From a virus (taxonomy: Duplodnaviria; Heunggongvirae; Uroviricota; Caudoviricetes), in the IMG/VR virus record IMGVR_UViG_2617270948_000001, positions 1 to 12,692 of that record: DNA of 12,692 nucleotides, one strand, 5' to 3'. Positions 1 through 7,149 of this stretch are shown here, piece after piece (position 1 is the first letter of the stretch; each line of letters opens with the position of its first letter). The position numbers and the translations under genes are program-made. The notes below the pieces were generated by a model. The model ran no database searches. It saw only the letters and a list, made by a program, of their open reading frames with translations, and was not told where the DNA came from.

Positions 1-47
1 CATTCGTAATGCGAAGGTCGTAGGTTCGACTCCTATTATCGGCACCA
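1..47 (+). tRNA. thrW: 3' portion of a tRNA-Thr(CGU) gene (anticodon loop TTCGTAA, T-arm GGTTCGACTCC, acceptor 3' strand, terminal CCA at 45-47); window starts inside the gene; probable prophage attachment site
   Basis: Matches the canonical tRNA 3' half: T-loop GTTCGA, acceptor strand TATCGGC complementary to a GCCGATA 5' end, encoded CCA. A P22-type integrase is convergent 14 bp downstream. Identification as thrW is from memory of that tRNA and of P22 integrating there. Confidence 0.7.
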
Positions 48-61
48 TTAAAATCAATAAG

Positions 62-1225
62 TTACACATCATTAGTACCTTCCTTATTTTTTGACTGGGA
101 CAAATTTGGGACCGATGGGTTCAGGATCGAGTCTATTTGCCGTGCGTGTTCGGTAAGGTGATTAGGTGCAAGGTGAGCATATCGACGAACCATTTCGATA
201 GACTCCCAGCCTCCCATTTCCTGTAACACTGACAACGGGACTCCGGCTTGAACCAGCCAACTTGCCCAGGTGTGTCTCAAGTCGTGAAATCTGAAATCAT
301 CAATACCAGCCCGTCTCAGCGCCGCTTTCCAGGCTGTGTTTGCGTCATACCGCATCTTCCTTACTGTTGGCGCTTTCGTTCCGTCTGGTTTGGTACAGCT
401 TTCCTTGTACACAAATACCCAACGGTGATGATTCCCGATTTGTTTTTTCAATACGCGACATGCAGTATCATTCAGCGCAACGCCAATTGCGCGGTTTGAT
501 TTACTCTCTTCCGGGTTTATCCATGCCACCCGGCGCTGCATATCTATTTGTTGCCATTCAAGGTTGATGATGTTCGAGCGTCTTAAGCCTGTTGCCAGTG
601 CAAATTCAACAACAGACTTTAATGGCTCCGGACATTCATCAATCAGCCTTTGTGCTTCATGGGGCTCCAGCCAGCGGATCCGTTTATTCTTTGGTTGAGG
701 CACTTTAATAATTGGTGCCTTATCCAGCATTTTCCATTCACGCTCTGCGGCTCTTAGTAGGGCCTTTATAAATGAAAGATGCGTAGCCTTCGTTGCAACG
801 GACGCTGGTTTTGGCGTGTATTCTGGAACAGGTTTCCCTTTTTTTCTGCATGCTTCTGCCCTGAGTTTCCAGTTTTCCTCATGACGCCGGTTCGTCATTT
901 TCTGCATTGCTGAATAAATTTTTGATTCAGTAATGTCTCTTAGTTGCATTCCTGCGAAATGTTGAAGCCAGAATCCGATCCGGCTTTTGTCATCGTCCAG
1001 TGATTTTTTATGTGCTTTCTCTTCAAGCCACCTGACACAAGCTTCCTCGAACGTTATATCAGGTATTTCACCAAGTTTGCTGACCCGCCATGCTTCAGCC
1101 TTTAGCTTGTCATGGAGTTCTGTCGCCTGCCTTTTGTCCTTTGTTCCAAGAGACTGTTTAAATCTTTTACCGTTCGGCAATGTGAAACTGGCGTACCATA
1201 TTTCACCTCTGCGGAAGAGTGACAT
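62..1225 (-). CDS. int: Tyrosine recombinase / phage integrase, P22-Int type (387 aa)
   Basis: ATG at 1225 preceded by GAGGA; TAA at 62-64. Protein begins [22 protein letters not shown] as recalled for P22 Int. C-terminal catalytic signature HDLRHTWAS ... VRRYAHL (HxxR and Tyr nucleophile). Adjacent to tRNA 3' end. Confidence 0.93.
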   Translation of the reverse strand: MSLFRRGEIWYASFTLPNGKRFKQSLGTKDKRQATELHDKLKAEAWRVSKLGEIPDITFEEACVRWLEEKAHKKSLDDDKSRIGFWLQHFAGMQLRDITESKIYSAMQKMTNRRHEENWKLRAEACRKKGKPVPEYTPKPASVATKATHLSFIKALLRAAEREWKMLDKAPIIKVPQPKNKRIRWLEPHEAQRLIDECPEPLKSVVEFALATGLRRSNIINLEWQQIDMQRRVAWINPEESKSNRAIGVALNDTACRVLKKQIGNHHRWVFVYKESCTKPDGTKAPTVRKMRYDANTAWKAALRRAGIDDFRFHDLRHTWASWLVQAGVPLSVLQEMGGWESIEMVRRYAHLAPNHLTEHARQIDSILNPSVPNLSQSKNKEGTNDV

Positions 1226-1452
1226 TTTCTTTCCTCTGTTATGCCATCACCCGCGCTCACCTGGACAGTATGCAGCGGAGACTGAAGCGCCGCAATGCAG
1301 GCTTGTCGTGTTGTGAGGTAAGGAGATTTTAGTTTAGTGGGGTCTTTGCGTGTTGCCTGTAGGCGGCCTGTTCGTATCCAGTTGGTAGCGGTAGGTCTGG
1401 ATATCTTGAGAAACTGACAGGCCTCATCGAGTGTGAGGCTGTATGATTCCAT
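1102..1452 (-). CDS. xis: Excisionase, AlpA/Xis-type HTH (116 aa from ATG at 1452); 3' end overlaps int 5' end
   Basis: ATG at 1450-1452 preceded by AGAGG; the listed ORF extends 10 codons further only via a GTG. Protein [31 protein letters not shown] is the AlpA/excisionase HTH family. Position immediately upstream of int. Confidence 0.8.
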   Translation of the reverse strand: MESYSLTLDEACQFLKISRPTATNWIRTGRLQATRKDPTKLKSPYLTTRQACIAALQSPLHTVQVSAGDGITEERKCHSSAEVKYGTPVSHCRTVKDLNSLLEQRTKGRRQNSMTS

Positions 1453-1702
1453 GGTTACCTCTGCTTTTTGAACGCATGTCACGTAACTTCTTAATGTGTT
1501 CTGCCGTTTCGATCTCTTCTGCTATCCGATCTGCATCAGCTTTATTCACAGGTTCAAAGTCATGATTAAAGCGGAACATGCTGGCGATACATGTTCTGCC
1601 TTTTCGGATGTAGTGAACTTTGTTGTGGGTAGAACGCAGGATTTTGCAGGGAGTGCCGTGGTGGTCGACGTACCAGGTGTTAGGCAAAATGATTCTGAAC
1701 AT
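1424..1702 (-). CDS. Hypothetical small early-region protein (92 aa)
   Basis: ATG at 1702 with GAGGTG Shine-Dalgarno 7 nt upstream; co-oriented with the early left operon; 3' end overlaps xis start by about 29 nt. No family recognised. Confidence 0.5.
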   Translation of the reverse strand: MFRIILPNTWYVDHHGTPCKILRSTHNKVHYIRKGRTCIASMFRFNHDFEPVNKADADRIAEEIETAEHIKKLRDMRSKSRGNHGIIQPHTR

Positions 1703-1749
1703 TTTTACACCTCAGTTGGACGATGTTGAAATTTGCTGCTTTGAGGCCA

Positions 1750-1968
1750 TCACAATCCCCATTGTTTGTTCTTAAGTTCGATCTCCTCCTGGCAACTTGC
1801 ACAAGTCCGACAACCCTGAACGGCCAGGCGTCTTCGTTCATCTATGGGATCGCCACACTCACAACAATGAGTGGCAGATATAACCTGGTGGTTCAGACGA
1901 CGCATTTTTATTGCTGTATTGCGCTGTAATTCTTCGATTTCTGATGCTGAATCAATGATGTCTGCCAT
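1750..1968 (-). CDS. TraR/DksA-family C4 zinc-finger protein (72 aa)
   Basis: Motif C-x2-C-x17-C-x2-C (CCECGDPIDERRRLAVQGCRTCASC) typical of DksA/TraR zinc fingers. ATG at 1968, co-oriented with early operon. Confidence 0.8.
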   Translation of the reverse strand: MADIIDSASEIEELQRNTAIKMRRLNHQVISATHCCECGDPIDERRRLAVQGCRTCASCQEEIELKNKQWGL

Positions 1969-2022
1969 CTTCCATTAATCCCTGAATTGTTGGTTAATAC
2001 GCTTGAGGGTGAATGCGAATAA

Positions 2023-2045
2023 TAAAAAAGGAGCCTGTAGCTCCC
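2023..2045 (-). terminator. Possible intrinsic terminator (minus strand): GGAGC-ctgta-GCTCC hairpin followed by a T7 run on the minus strand
   Basis: Plus strand reads aaaaaaaGGAGCctgtaGCTCC; on the minus strand this is a 5-6 bp GC-rich stem followed by TTTTTTT. Lies between two small early genes. Confidence 0.4.
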
Positions 2046-2066
2046 TGATGATTTTGCTTTTCATGT

Positions 2067-2282
2067 TCATCGCTCCTTAAAGACGCCGTTTAACATGCCG
2101 ATTGCCAGGCTTAAATGAGTCGGTGTGAATCCCATCAGCGTTACCGTTTCGCGGTGCTTCTTCAGTACGCTACGGCAAATGTCATCGACGTTTTTATCCG
2201 GAAACTGCTGTCTGGCTTTTTTGATTTCAGAATTAGCCTGACGGGCTATGCTGCGAAGGGCGTTTTCCTGCTGAAGTGTCAT
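2067..2282 (-). CDS. Hypothetical small protein (about 71 aa from ATG at 2282; alternative ATG at 2348; listed ORF start at 2381 is a TTG)
   Basis: Open frame ending TGA at 2067-2069; ATG at 2280-2282 with weak GGGA upstream. Start codon uncertain. No family recognised. Confidence 0.4.
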   Translation of the reverse strand: MTLQQENALRSIARQANSEIKKARQQFPDKNVDDICRSVLKKHRETVTLMGFTPTHLSLAIGMLNGVFKER

Positions 2283-2358
2283 TGAACAAGTCCCATGTCG
2301 GCAAGCATAAGCACACAGAATATGAAGCCCGCTGCCAGAAAAATGCATTCCGTGGTTG

Positions 2359-2916
2359 TCATGCAGCCTCCCGACGGGCAAGAATCCTTGAGCCGAACGC
2401 CATCAACTCTCCACGATCAACGGTCGTAAAGTGGCAGTGTGTACGGGGGTATGGGTGCCAGATAATGAGCATCGAGCCTTTATTATTTCCACTGACGGGT
2501 TTCTCAGTGAGTGGGTTAATAAATGCCAGTCGTCCTGCCGTGATGAATCTGACCTCACTGGCGGTTTGTATCGCTTCATGAAACCATCCGACAGATGTGT
2601 CAGCAGGCAATAACATTACACATCCCACACTACTGAATTTGTTTTCAGTGGCTGCCTTTTTCACAAAAGGGGAAATATTGCTGTATGGTGGATTCAACCA
2701 GACATAACCAGAGGCATATCCCATTGCTTCAGGCCATGAAGTGGTTAATGTGTTCTGCTCCTGTGAGATAAAAAGCCGACATAGTCGGTTTTTTTCGCTG
2801 GCGGCAGCATCAAGTTGAAAAACGAACTCTGCATTAAGCGCAGCAAAAATCTCTGGTGGTGTGCGCCAGCTGTCGCGATGTTCGGCAGGAGTATTGCTTC
2901 CGGTGAAATCAGTCAT
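2359..2916 (-). CDS. Phage Dam-family N6-adenine DNA methyltransferase (185 aa)
   Basis: Contains WRTPPEIF near N-terminus and the NPPY catalytic motif (WLNPPYSN), the layout of the phage N-6-adenine-methyltransferase (Dam) family. ATG at 2916 with GGGGG upstream. Confidence 0.85.
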   Translation of the reverse strand: MTDFTGSNTPAEHRDSWRTPPEIFAALNAEFVFQLDAAASEKNRLCRLFISQEQNTLTTSWPEAMGYASGYVWLNPPYSNISPFVKKAATENKFSSVGCVMLLPADTSVGWFHEAIQTASEVRFITAGRLAFINPLTEKPVSGNNKGSMLIIWHPYPRTHCHFTTVDRGELMAFGSRILARREAA

Positions 2917-3070
2917 ACAGCCCCCGTTTATTATTTATCGCCTCAGCCAGCCGCTGTGCTTTCAGTGGATTTCTGATAACAGAAAGGCCGGGAAATACCC
3001 AGCCTCGCTTTGTAACGGAGTAGACGAAAGTGATCGCGCCTACCCGGATATTATCGTGAGGATGCGTCAT
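2909..3070 (-). CDS. Unlisted small ORF (53 aa, [53 protein letters not shown]) between exo and the methyltransferase
   Basis: ATG overlaps the exo TGA stop (ATGA), and its TGA overlaps the methyltransferase start (ATGACTGA). Below the ORF-track length cutoff. Occupies the slot of the small ORF downstream of exo in lambda. Confidence 0.4.
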   Translation of the reverse strand: MTHPHDNIRVGAITFVYSVTKRGWVFPGLSVIRNPLKAQRLAEAINNKRGLYD

Positions 3071-3747
3071 CGCCATTGCTCCCCAAATACAAAACCAATT
3101 TCAGCCAGTGCCTCGTCCATTTTTTCGATGAACTCCGGCACCATCTCGTCAAAACTCGCCATGTACTTTTCATTCCGCTCAATCACGACATAATGCAGGC
3201 CTTCACGCTTCATGCGCGGGTCATAGTTGGCAAAGTACCAGGCATCTTTTCGTGCCACCCACATGCTGTACTGCACCTGGGCCATGTAAGCCGATTTTAT
3301 GGCCTCGAAACCACCGAGCCGGAACTTCATGAAATCCCGGGAGGTAAACGGGCATTTCAGTTCAAGGCCGTTGCCATCACTGCATAAACCATCGGGAGAG
3401 CAGGCGGTGCGCATACTTTCGTCGCGATAGATGATCGGGGATTCAATAACATTCACGCCGGAAGTGAACTCAAACAGGGTTCTGGCGTCGTTCTCGTACT
3501 GTTTTCCCCAGGCCAGTGCTTTAGCGTTAACTTCCGGAGCCACACCGGTGCAAACCTCGGCAAGCAGGGTGTGGAAGTAGGACATTTTCATGTCAGGCCA
3601 CTTCTTTCCGGAGCGGGGTTTTGCTATCACGTTGTGAACTTCTGAAGCGGTGATGACGCCGAGCCGTAATTTGTGCCACGCATCATCCCCCTGTTCGACA
3701 GCTCTCACATCGATCCCGGTACGCTGCAGGATAATGTCCGGTGTCAT
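3067..3747 (-). CDS. exo: Lambda exonuclease (Red-alpha, 226 aa)
   Basis: Near-identical over full length to lambda Exo as recalled ([40 protein letters not shown] ... GFVFGEQWR). Start overlaps bet stop by 4 nt. Confidence 0.96.
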   Translation of the reverse strand: MTPDIILQRTGIDVRAVEQGDDAWHKLRLGVITASEVHNVIAKPRSGKKWPDMKMSYFHTLLAEVCTGVAPEVNAKALAWGKQYENDARTLFEFTSGVNVIESPIIYRDESMRTACSPDGLCSDGNGLELKCPFTSRDFMKFRLGGFEAIKSAYMAQVQYSMWVARKDAWYFANYDPRMKREGLHYVVIERNEKYMASFDEMVPEFIEKMDEALAEIGFVFGEQWR

Positions 3748-4529
3748 GCTGCCACCTTCTGCTCTGCGGCTTTCTGTTTCAGGAATCCAAGAGCTTTTAC
3801 TGCTTCGGCCTGTGTCAGTTCTGACGATGCACGAATGTCGCGGCGAAATATCTGGGAACAGAGCGGCAATAAGTCGTCATCCCATGTTTTATCCAGGGCG
3901 ATCAGCAGAGTGTTAATCTCCTGCATGGTTTCATCGTTAACCGGAGTGATGTCGCGTTCTGGCTGACGTTCTGCAGTGTATGCAGTATTTTCGACAATGC
4001 GCTCGGCTTCATCCTTGTCATAGATACCAGCAAATCCGAAGGCCAGACGGGCACACTGAATCATGGCTTTATGCCGTAACATCCGTTTGGGATGCGACTG
4101 CCACGGCCCCGTGATTTCTCTGCCTTCGCGAGTTTTGAATGGTTCGCGGCGGCATTCATCCATCCATTCGGTAACGCAGATCGGATGATTACGGTCCTTG
4201 CGGTAAATCCGGCATGTACAGGATTCATTGTCCTGCTCAAAGTCCATGCCATCAAACTGCTGGTTTTCATTGATGATGCGGGACCAGCCATCAACGCCCA
4301 CCACCGGAACGATGCCGTTCTGCTTATCAGGGAAGGCGTAAATTTCTTTCGTCCACGGATTAAGGCCGTACTGGTTGGCGACGATCAACAATGCGATGAA
4401 CTGCGCATCGCTGGCATCACCTTTAAATGCCGTCTGGCGAAGAGTGGTGATCAGTTCCTGTGGGTCGACAGAATCCATGCCGACACGTTCAGCCAGCTTC
4501 CCTGCCAGCGTTGCGAGTGCTGTACTCAT
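3744..4529 (-). CDS. bet: Lambda Beta single-strand annealing protein (Red-beta, 261 aa)
   Basis: Matches lambda Bet as recalled ([66 protein letters not shown] ...), same length. Confidence 0.96.
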   Translation of the reverse strand: MSTALATLAGKLAERVGMDSVDPQELITTLRQTAFKGDASDAQFIALLIVANQYGLNPWTKEIYAFPDKQNGIVPVVGVDGWSRIINENQQFDGMDFEQDNESCTCRIYRKDRNHPICVTEWMDECRREPFKTREGREITGPWQSHPKRMLRHKAMIQCARLAFGFAGIYDKDEAERIVENTAYTAERQPERDITPVNDETMQEINTLLIALDKTWDDDLLPLCSQIFRRDIRASSELTQAEAVKALGFLKQKAAEQKVAA

Positions 4530-4534
4530 CCGTT

Positions 4535-4831
4535 TTATACCTCTGAATCAATATCAACCTGGTGGTGAGCAATGGTTTCAACCATGTACCGGATGTGTTC
4601 TGCCATGCGCTCCTGAAACTCAACATCGTCATCAAACGCACGGGTAATGGCTTTTTTGCTGGCCCCGTGGCGTTGCAAATGATCGATGCATAGCGATTCA
4701 AACAGGTGCTGGGGCAGGCCTTTTTCCATGTCGTCTGCCAGTTCTGCCTCTTTCTCTTCACGGGCGATCTGCTGGTAGTGACGCGCCCAGCTCTGAGCCT
4801 CAAGACGATCCTGAATGTAATAAGCGTTCAT
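4535..4831 (-). CDS. gam: Lambda Gam, short (GamS-length, 98 aa) form only
   Basis: [60 protein letters not shown] ... VDIDSEV matches lambda Gam from its internal Met. The upstream in-frame extension is closed by TAA at 4907-4909 and has no ATG. Confidence 0.92.
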   Translation of the reverse strand: MNAYYIQDRLEAQSWARHYQQIAREEKEAELADDMEKGLPQHLFESLCIDHLQRHGASKKAITRAFDDDVEFQERMAEHIRYMVETIAHHQVDIDSEV

Positions 4832-4906
4832 GGCTGAACTCCTGAAAATGGCTGTGAAAAAATCGCCCGCGGAATGCCTGGCTGATTCGGAAAACAGGAA
4901 AGGGGA

Positions 4907-5284
4907 TTAGTGATTCAGACCGTTGCCGCGTCCGTCGAGAAAAACTTCCACGAGCAAGTCACGGGTATAAGTGCGCTCAATGCCGCGATGCAGATAAAGT
5001 CGTCCGCGTAAATTAGCTGATGCAGTCCAGGTACCATCTTTGCGTTTGACCAGCATTCCTGGCATGACCGCACCTCGATTAACGGTCTGCGTTCCGTAAT
5101 GTTGATGAACCATAAAAACTCCTGCCCGTAAGCTGGGCTGCTGAACATATAGAGACTTCTGCGCGTATTCAGGCGGTGGATGGCCGCCGGTTGTCATAAC
5201 TAAGCCGCCTCGTTGAAGCGACTGAGGTATGAAGTGTTGAGTTGATTTCAGCTGGTCACACCGACGTTCACGCGTCCGCTTCAC
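4907..5284 (-). CDS. Hypothetical protein, first gene downstream of putative PL (N position); 125 aa if GTG at 5284, or 68 aa if ATG at 5113; arginine-rich N-terminus KRTRERR
   Basis: Open frame 4907-5317 (the listed start is TTG). GTG at 5282-5284 has GGAG 8 nt upstream; ATG at 5111-5113 has AGGAG 5 nt upstream. N-terminal KRTRERRCDQLK resembles the arginine-rich motif of N antiterminators (lambda TRRRERR). C-terminus does not match lambda Kil (which ends ...WILILKLRSSKSIH in the frame overlapping gam). Confidence 0.3.
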   Translation of the reverse strand: MKRTRERRCDQLKSTQHFIPQSLQRGGLVMTTGGHPPPEYAQKSLYVQQPSLRAGVFMVHQHYGTQTVNRGAVMPGMLVKRKDGTWTASANLRGRLYLHRGIERTYTRDLLVEVFLDGRGNGLNH

Positions 5285-5390
5285 CCCTCGCACTCCCCGG
5301 AGCCTGCTGAAATTCAAGCTGCGGATCTAAGCGGTCATCGCAACGGTGAATCAGGTGATTGCCGTATCGTTGTGTTGTTGCGATGAATTC

Positions 5391-5434
5391 ATTTAAAACT
5401 ATAGTTGTTTTATCGTCAACAACAAAAGTTGTTT
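5391..5434 (-). promoter_or_regulatory. Putative PL promoter and OL operator cluster (GTTGTT/AACAAC repeats overlapping a TTGACG -35)
   Basis: Minus strand: TTGACG (complement of 5414-5419), 17-bp spacer, TTAAAT (complement of 5391-5396). Overlapping GTTGTT(5404-5409)-N8-AACAAC(5418-5423) and AACAAC-aaaa-GTTGTT(5428-5433), the same half-site as the OR palindrome. Confidence 0.35.
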
Positions 5435-5561
5435 TGTTGGTTATTTTAGAAATAACTGGTTGTATTTAGGATGGATTTATTTTGTGACTTGCATCGCATA
5501 GCGATAACTGAAGCGAGGTTGTGGTGGTTTTTTGAACGGTGTGTGTGATGAGGGGAGGGGC

Positions 5562-5597
5562 AAAAGAAAACCCGGCACGGTGGCCGGGTTGTTTTTA
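5562..5597. terminator. Strong bidirectional intrinsic terminator (8-bp stem AACCCGGC/GCCGGGTT, loop acggtg, flanked by A-run and T-run)
   Basis: aaaagaaaaCCCGGCacggtgGCCGGGttgttttta; T-tract on either strand. Lies immediately 3' of the 316-aa minus-strand gene (stop at 5595-5597), ending the cI-cassette transcript before the PL region. Confidence 0.75.
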
Positions 5598-6545
5598 TAG
5601 CTCATTGTAAACAGCAATAGGCTCAATGAAATACTCATCAGAGTCAGGGGCGCAAAATGTTGACTCCAGATCAAAAAGGCTGTCATTCATATTCCAGACT
5701 GCACTGCGAATGCCGTTTAGTTCACGAGCCTCTGATTCCTGATTACCTTCAGACGTTGATGTACGCGTTATTATCCCTACGACTGTGAATGCAGAGGTCG
5801 TTCGACGAGAATATAACTTTACAAACATTTCTGGACTGATTTTAAGAAAATCTCTGATTAAGAATGAGGTGAATTTAATATCTTGCATTTTTTGTGATAT
5901 TTCTATTTCGTCACCATATGCGTAATCTAAAACAGAAGACAAATGCTCAAAGAATTTTTTCTGATTTGGAGATGTTAAATTATCAAGCTCACTTTTAATT
6001 TCTGCTTGTCTTGCCTTGATAATATTAAATTCATTGGATTTGGGTTTTATCGATTTCAGCATCGATTCTAGACTTTCTAATTCGTCATTTCGATGAACGA
6101 AATTAATAGCATAGTTAGTTTTACAGAAATTCTTAGCGGTATTTTTTAATTTATTATAGTCATTAAATTGAATTGGGCAGGTGATTTTAACAAAGCAATT
6201 AGCCTTAATTTTGTTCGAGTCGATCGGGGAAGTTATGTTAGACAGAATTCCTCTTTTGCTAAGTTCGTTTTCAAATTTCAGATAATGATAATCATGAGGG
6301 TTTAACACTGTTGATATTTTTTTTGTGTCACTCGTTTTACTTGAACTACTTTTTGTCTTTATTTCGACCGCATCTATATTTGAAAGAGTAGACTCTTTAT
6401 GCTCCATCGCGGATTGAATTACGCCCTCAAATAATTGAGAGCTTAAAGAGTAGACCTTCTCATAATCAATATAAATGATATTTTTTAACTGCATACCAAT
6501 TCCATTAGTGATATTTAAGTTGTTCTTTCTTTCTTTCAAAGTCAT
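5595..6545 (-). CDS. Hypothetical soluble protein (316 aa; possibly 299 aa from internal ATG at 6494), AT-rich cargo, no recognised family
   Basis: Long open frame in strongly AT-rich DNA unlike the flanking phage genes. Last gene of a three-ORF cassette co-oriented with cI. No Walker or other motif recognised by eye. Confidence 0.6.
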   Translation of the reverse strand: MTLKERKNNLNITNGIGMQLKNIIYIDYEKVYSLSSQLFEGVIQSAMEHKESTLSNIDAVEIKTKSSSSKTSDTKKISTVLNPHDYHYLKFENELSKRGILSNITSPIDSNKIKANCFVKITCPIQFNDYNKLKNTAKNFCKTNYAINFVHRNDELESLESMLKSIKPKSNEFNIIKARQAEIKSELDNLTSPNQKKFFEHLSSVLDYAYGDEIEISQKMQDIKFTSFLIRDFLKISPEMFVKLYSRRTTSAFTVVGIITRTSTSEGNQESEARELNGIRSAVWNMNDSLFDLESTFCAPDSDEYFIEPIAVYNEL

Positions 6546-6681
6546 CGCTATTTGACTTTCTGACCCTTTCTATGTGCATTAAAGTTTCCTGTGCATTTTT
6601 GAGGTTTTTTCTTGAAAACCATGCCAATACAGCAGGTATCACAACAGCTATTATGGATAAAATAGTAATTAAGTACTCCAT
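6505..6681 (-). CDS. Unlisted small membrane peptide (58 aa, MEYLITILSIIAVVIPAVLAWFSRKNLKNAQETLMHIERVRKSNSDDFERKKEQLKYH), single N-terminal TM helix
   Basis: ATG at 6679-6681 lies 3 nt after the TAA of the upstream 138-aa gene, whose last codons (CAG GAG TAA) supply an AGGAG Shine-Dalgarno. 3' end overlaps the 316-aa ORF start by 41 nt in another frame. Below the ORF-track cutoff. Confidence 0.45.
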   Translation of the reverse strand: MEYLITILSIIAVVIPAVLAWFSRKNLKNAQETLMHIERVRKSNSDDFERKKEQLKYH

Positions 6682-6684
6682 AAT

Positions 6685-7101
6685 TTACTCCTGCGCCACT
6701 ACTTTGTTATTGATAATAGCACACCTGACTGAATTTTGTCCAATGTATAAGGATATACCACAAGTAATAGCGACTAATATGCGAGTCGTATTCATGTTAA
6801 GGATGTTATCAGCCAGCATAACAATAATGTAAATTATAGAAAAAAGTACAATGAAAACAATCGATATGGTAGTGTTTATAATAATATTGTTTTCAGTTTG
6901 CTTGCTGGGTTGGCCCATTCCGTAATAAATACTGGATATTTGTATGGCAAAGCCAAAACATATCAACTCAGTTATATTGATCAGCTCTATGTTTTTATTA
7001 GTGATGAAATAAGCAATAAATCTAATAAAGATAGGGATTGCTCCAATGATTACTGTTCCGCACCACCACTTGAAATAATCACTATGAATATTATGTTGCA
7101 T
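6685..7101 (-). CDS. Hypothetical integral membrane protein (138 aa, about four predicted TM helices), first gene after cI
   Basis: Hydrophobic segments WWCGTVIIGAIPIFIRFIAYFI, ELICFGFAIQISSIYYG, ISIVFIVLFSIIYIIVMLA, ILVAITCGISLYIG. ATG at 7101, 49 bp downstream of the cI stop. AT-rich. Size and topology resemble RexB but no sequence similarity is claimed. Confidence 0.6.
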   Translation of the reverse strand: MQHNIHSDYFKWWCGTVIIGAIPIFIRFIAYFITNKNIELINITELICFGFAIQISSIYYGMGQPSKQTENNIIINTTISIVFIVLFSIIYIIVMLADNILNMNTTRILVAITCGISLYIGQNSVRCAIINNKVVAQE

Positions 7102-7149
7102 TATATAAACTCAATATTTAATTAATTTAAAGTTTCATAAGTTCCATGT

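Noticed and set aside
248-1316. Plus-strand ORFs 248-499, 340-567 and 987-1316 lying antisense inside int/xis
   Set aside because: They overlap the well-supported integrase and excisionase on the opposite strand, lack convincing ribosome-binding sites, and look like shadow frames of a coding region.
1496-1929. Plus-strand ORFs 1496-1729 and 1723-1929
   Set aside because: Antisense to the 92-aa and TraR-like minus-strand genes; no ribosome-binding site; the local operon direction is leftward.
2276-4803. Assorted overlapping ORFs on either strand within the methyltransferase/exo/bet/gam block (for example 2276-2581, 2431-2613, 2861-3193, 3076-3387, 3650-3916, 3673-3966, 4061-4294, 4092-4568, 4375-4647, 4489-4803)
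   Set aside because: Each overlaps a gene that is near-identical to a lambda protein or carries a clear motif; they are alternative-frame or antisense artefacts.
4915-5148. 77-aa minus-strand ORF in an alternative frame upstream of gam
   Set aside because: No Shine-Dalgarno before its ATG, whereas the overlapping frame has two SD-supported starts; kept only as a less likely alternative.
5477-5686. 69-aa minus-strand ORF spanning the terminator
   Set aside because: It runs through the strong hairpin terminator and into the 3' end of the 316-aa gene in another frame; more likely non-coding terminator or leader sequence.
6572-7125. Plus-strand ORFs 6572-6832 and 6898-7125 within the AT-rich cassette
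   Set aside because: Antisense to the coupled minus-strand cassette genes; AT-rich DNA readily produces open frames; no ribosome-binding site.
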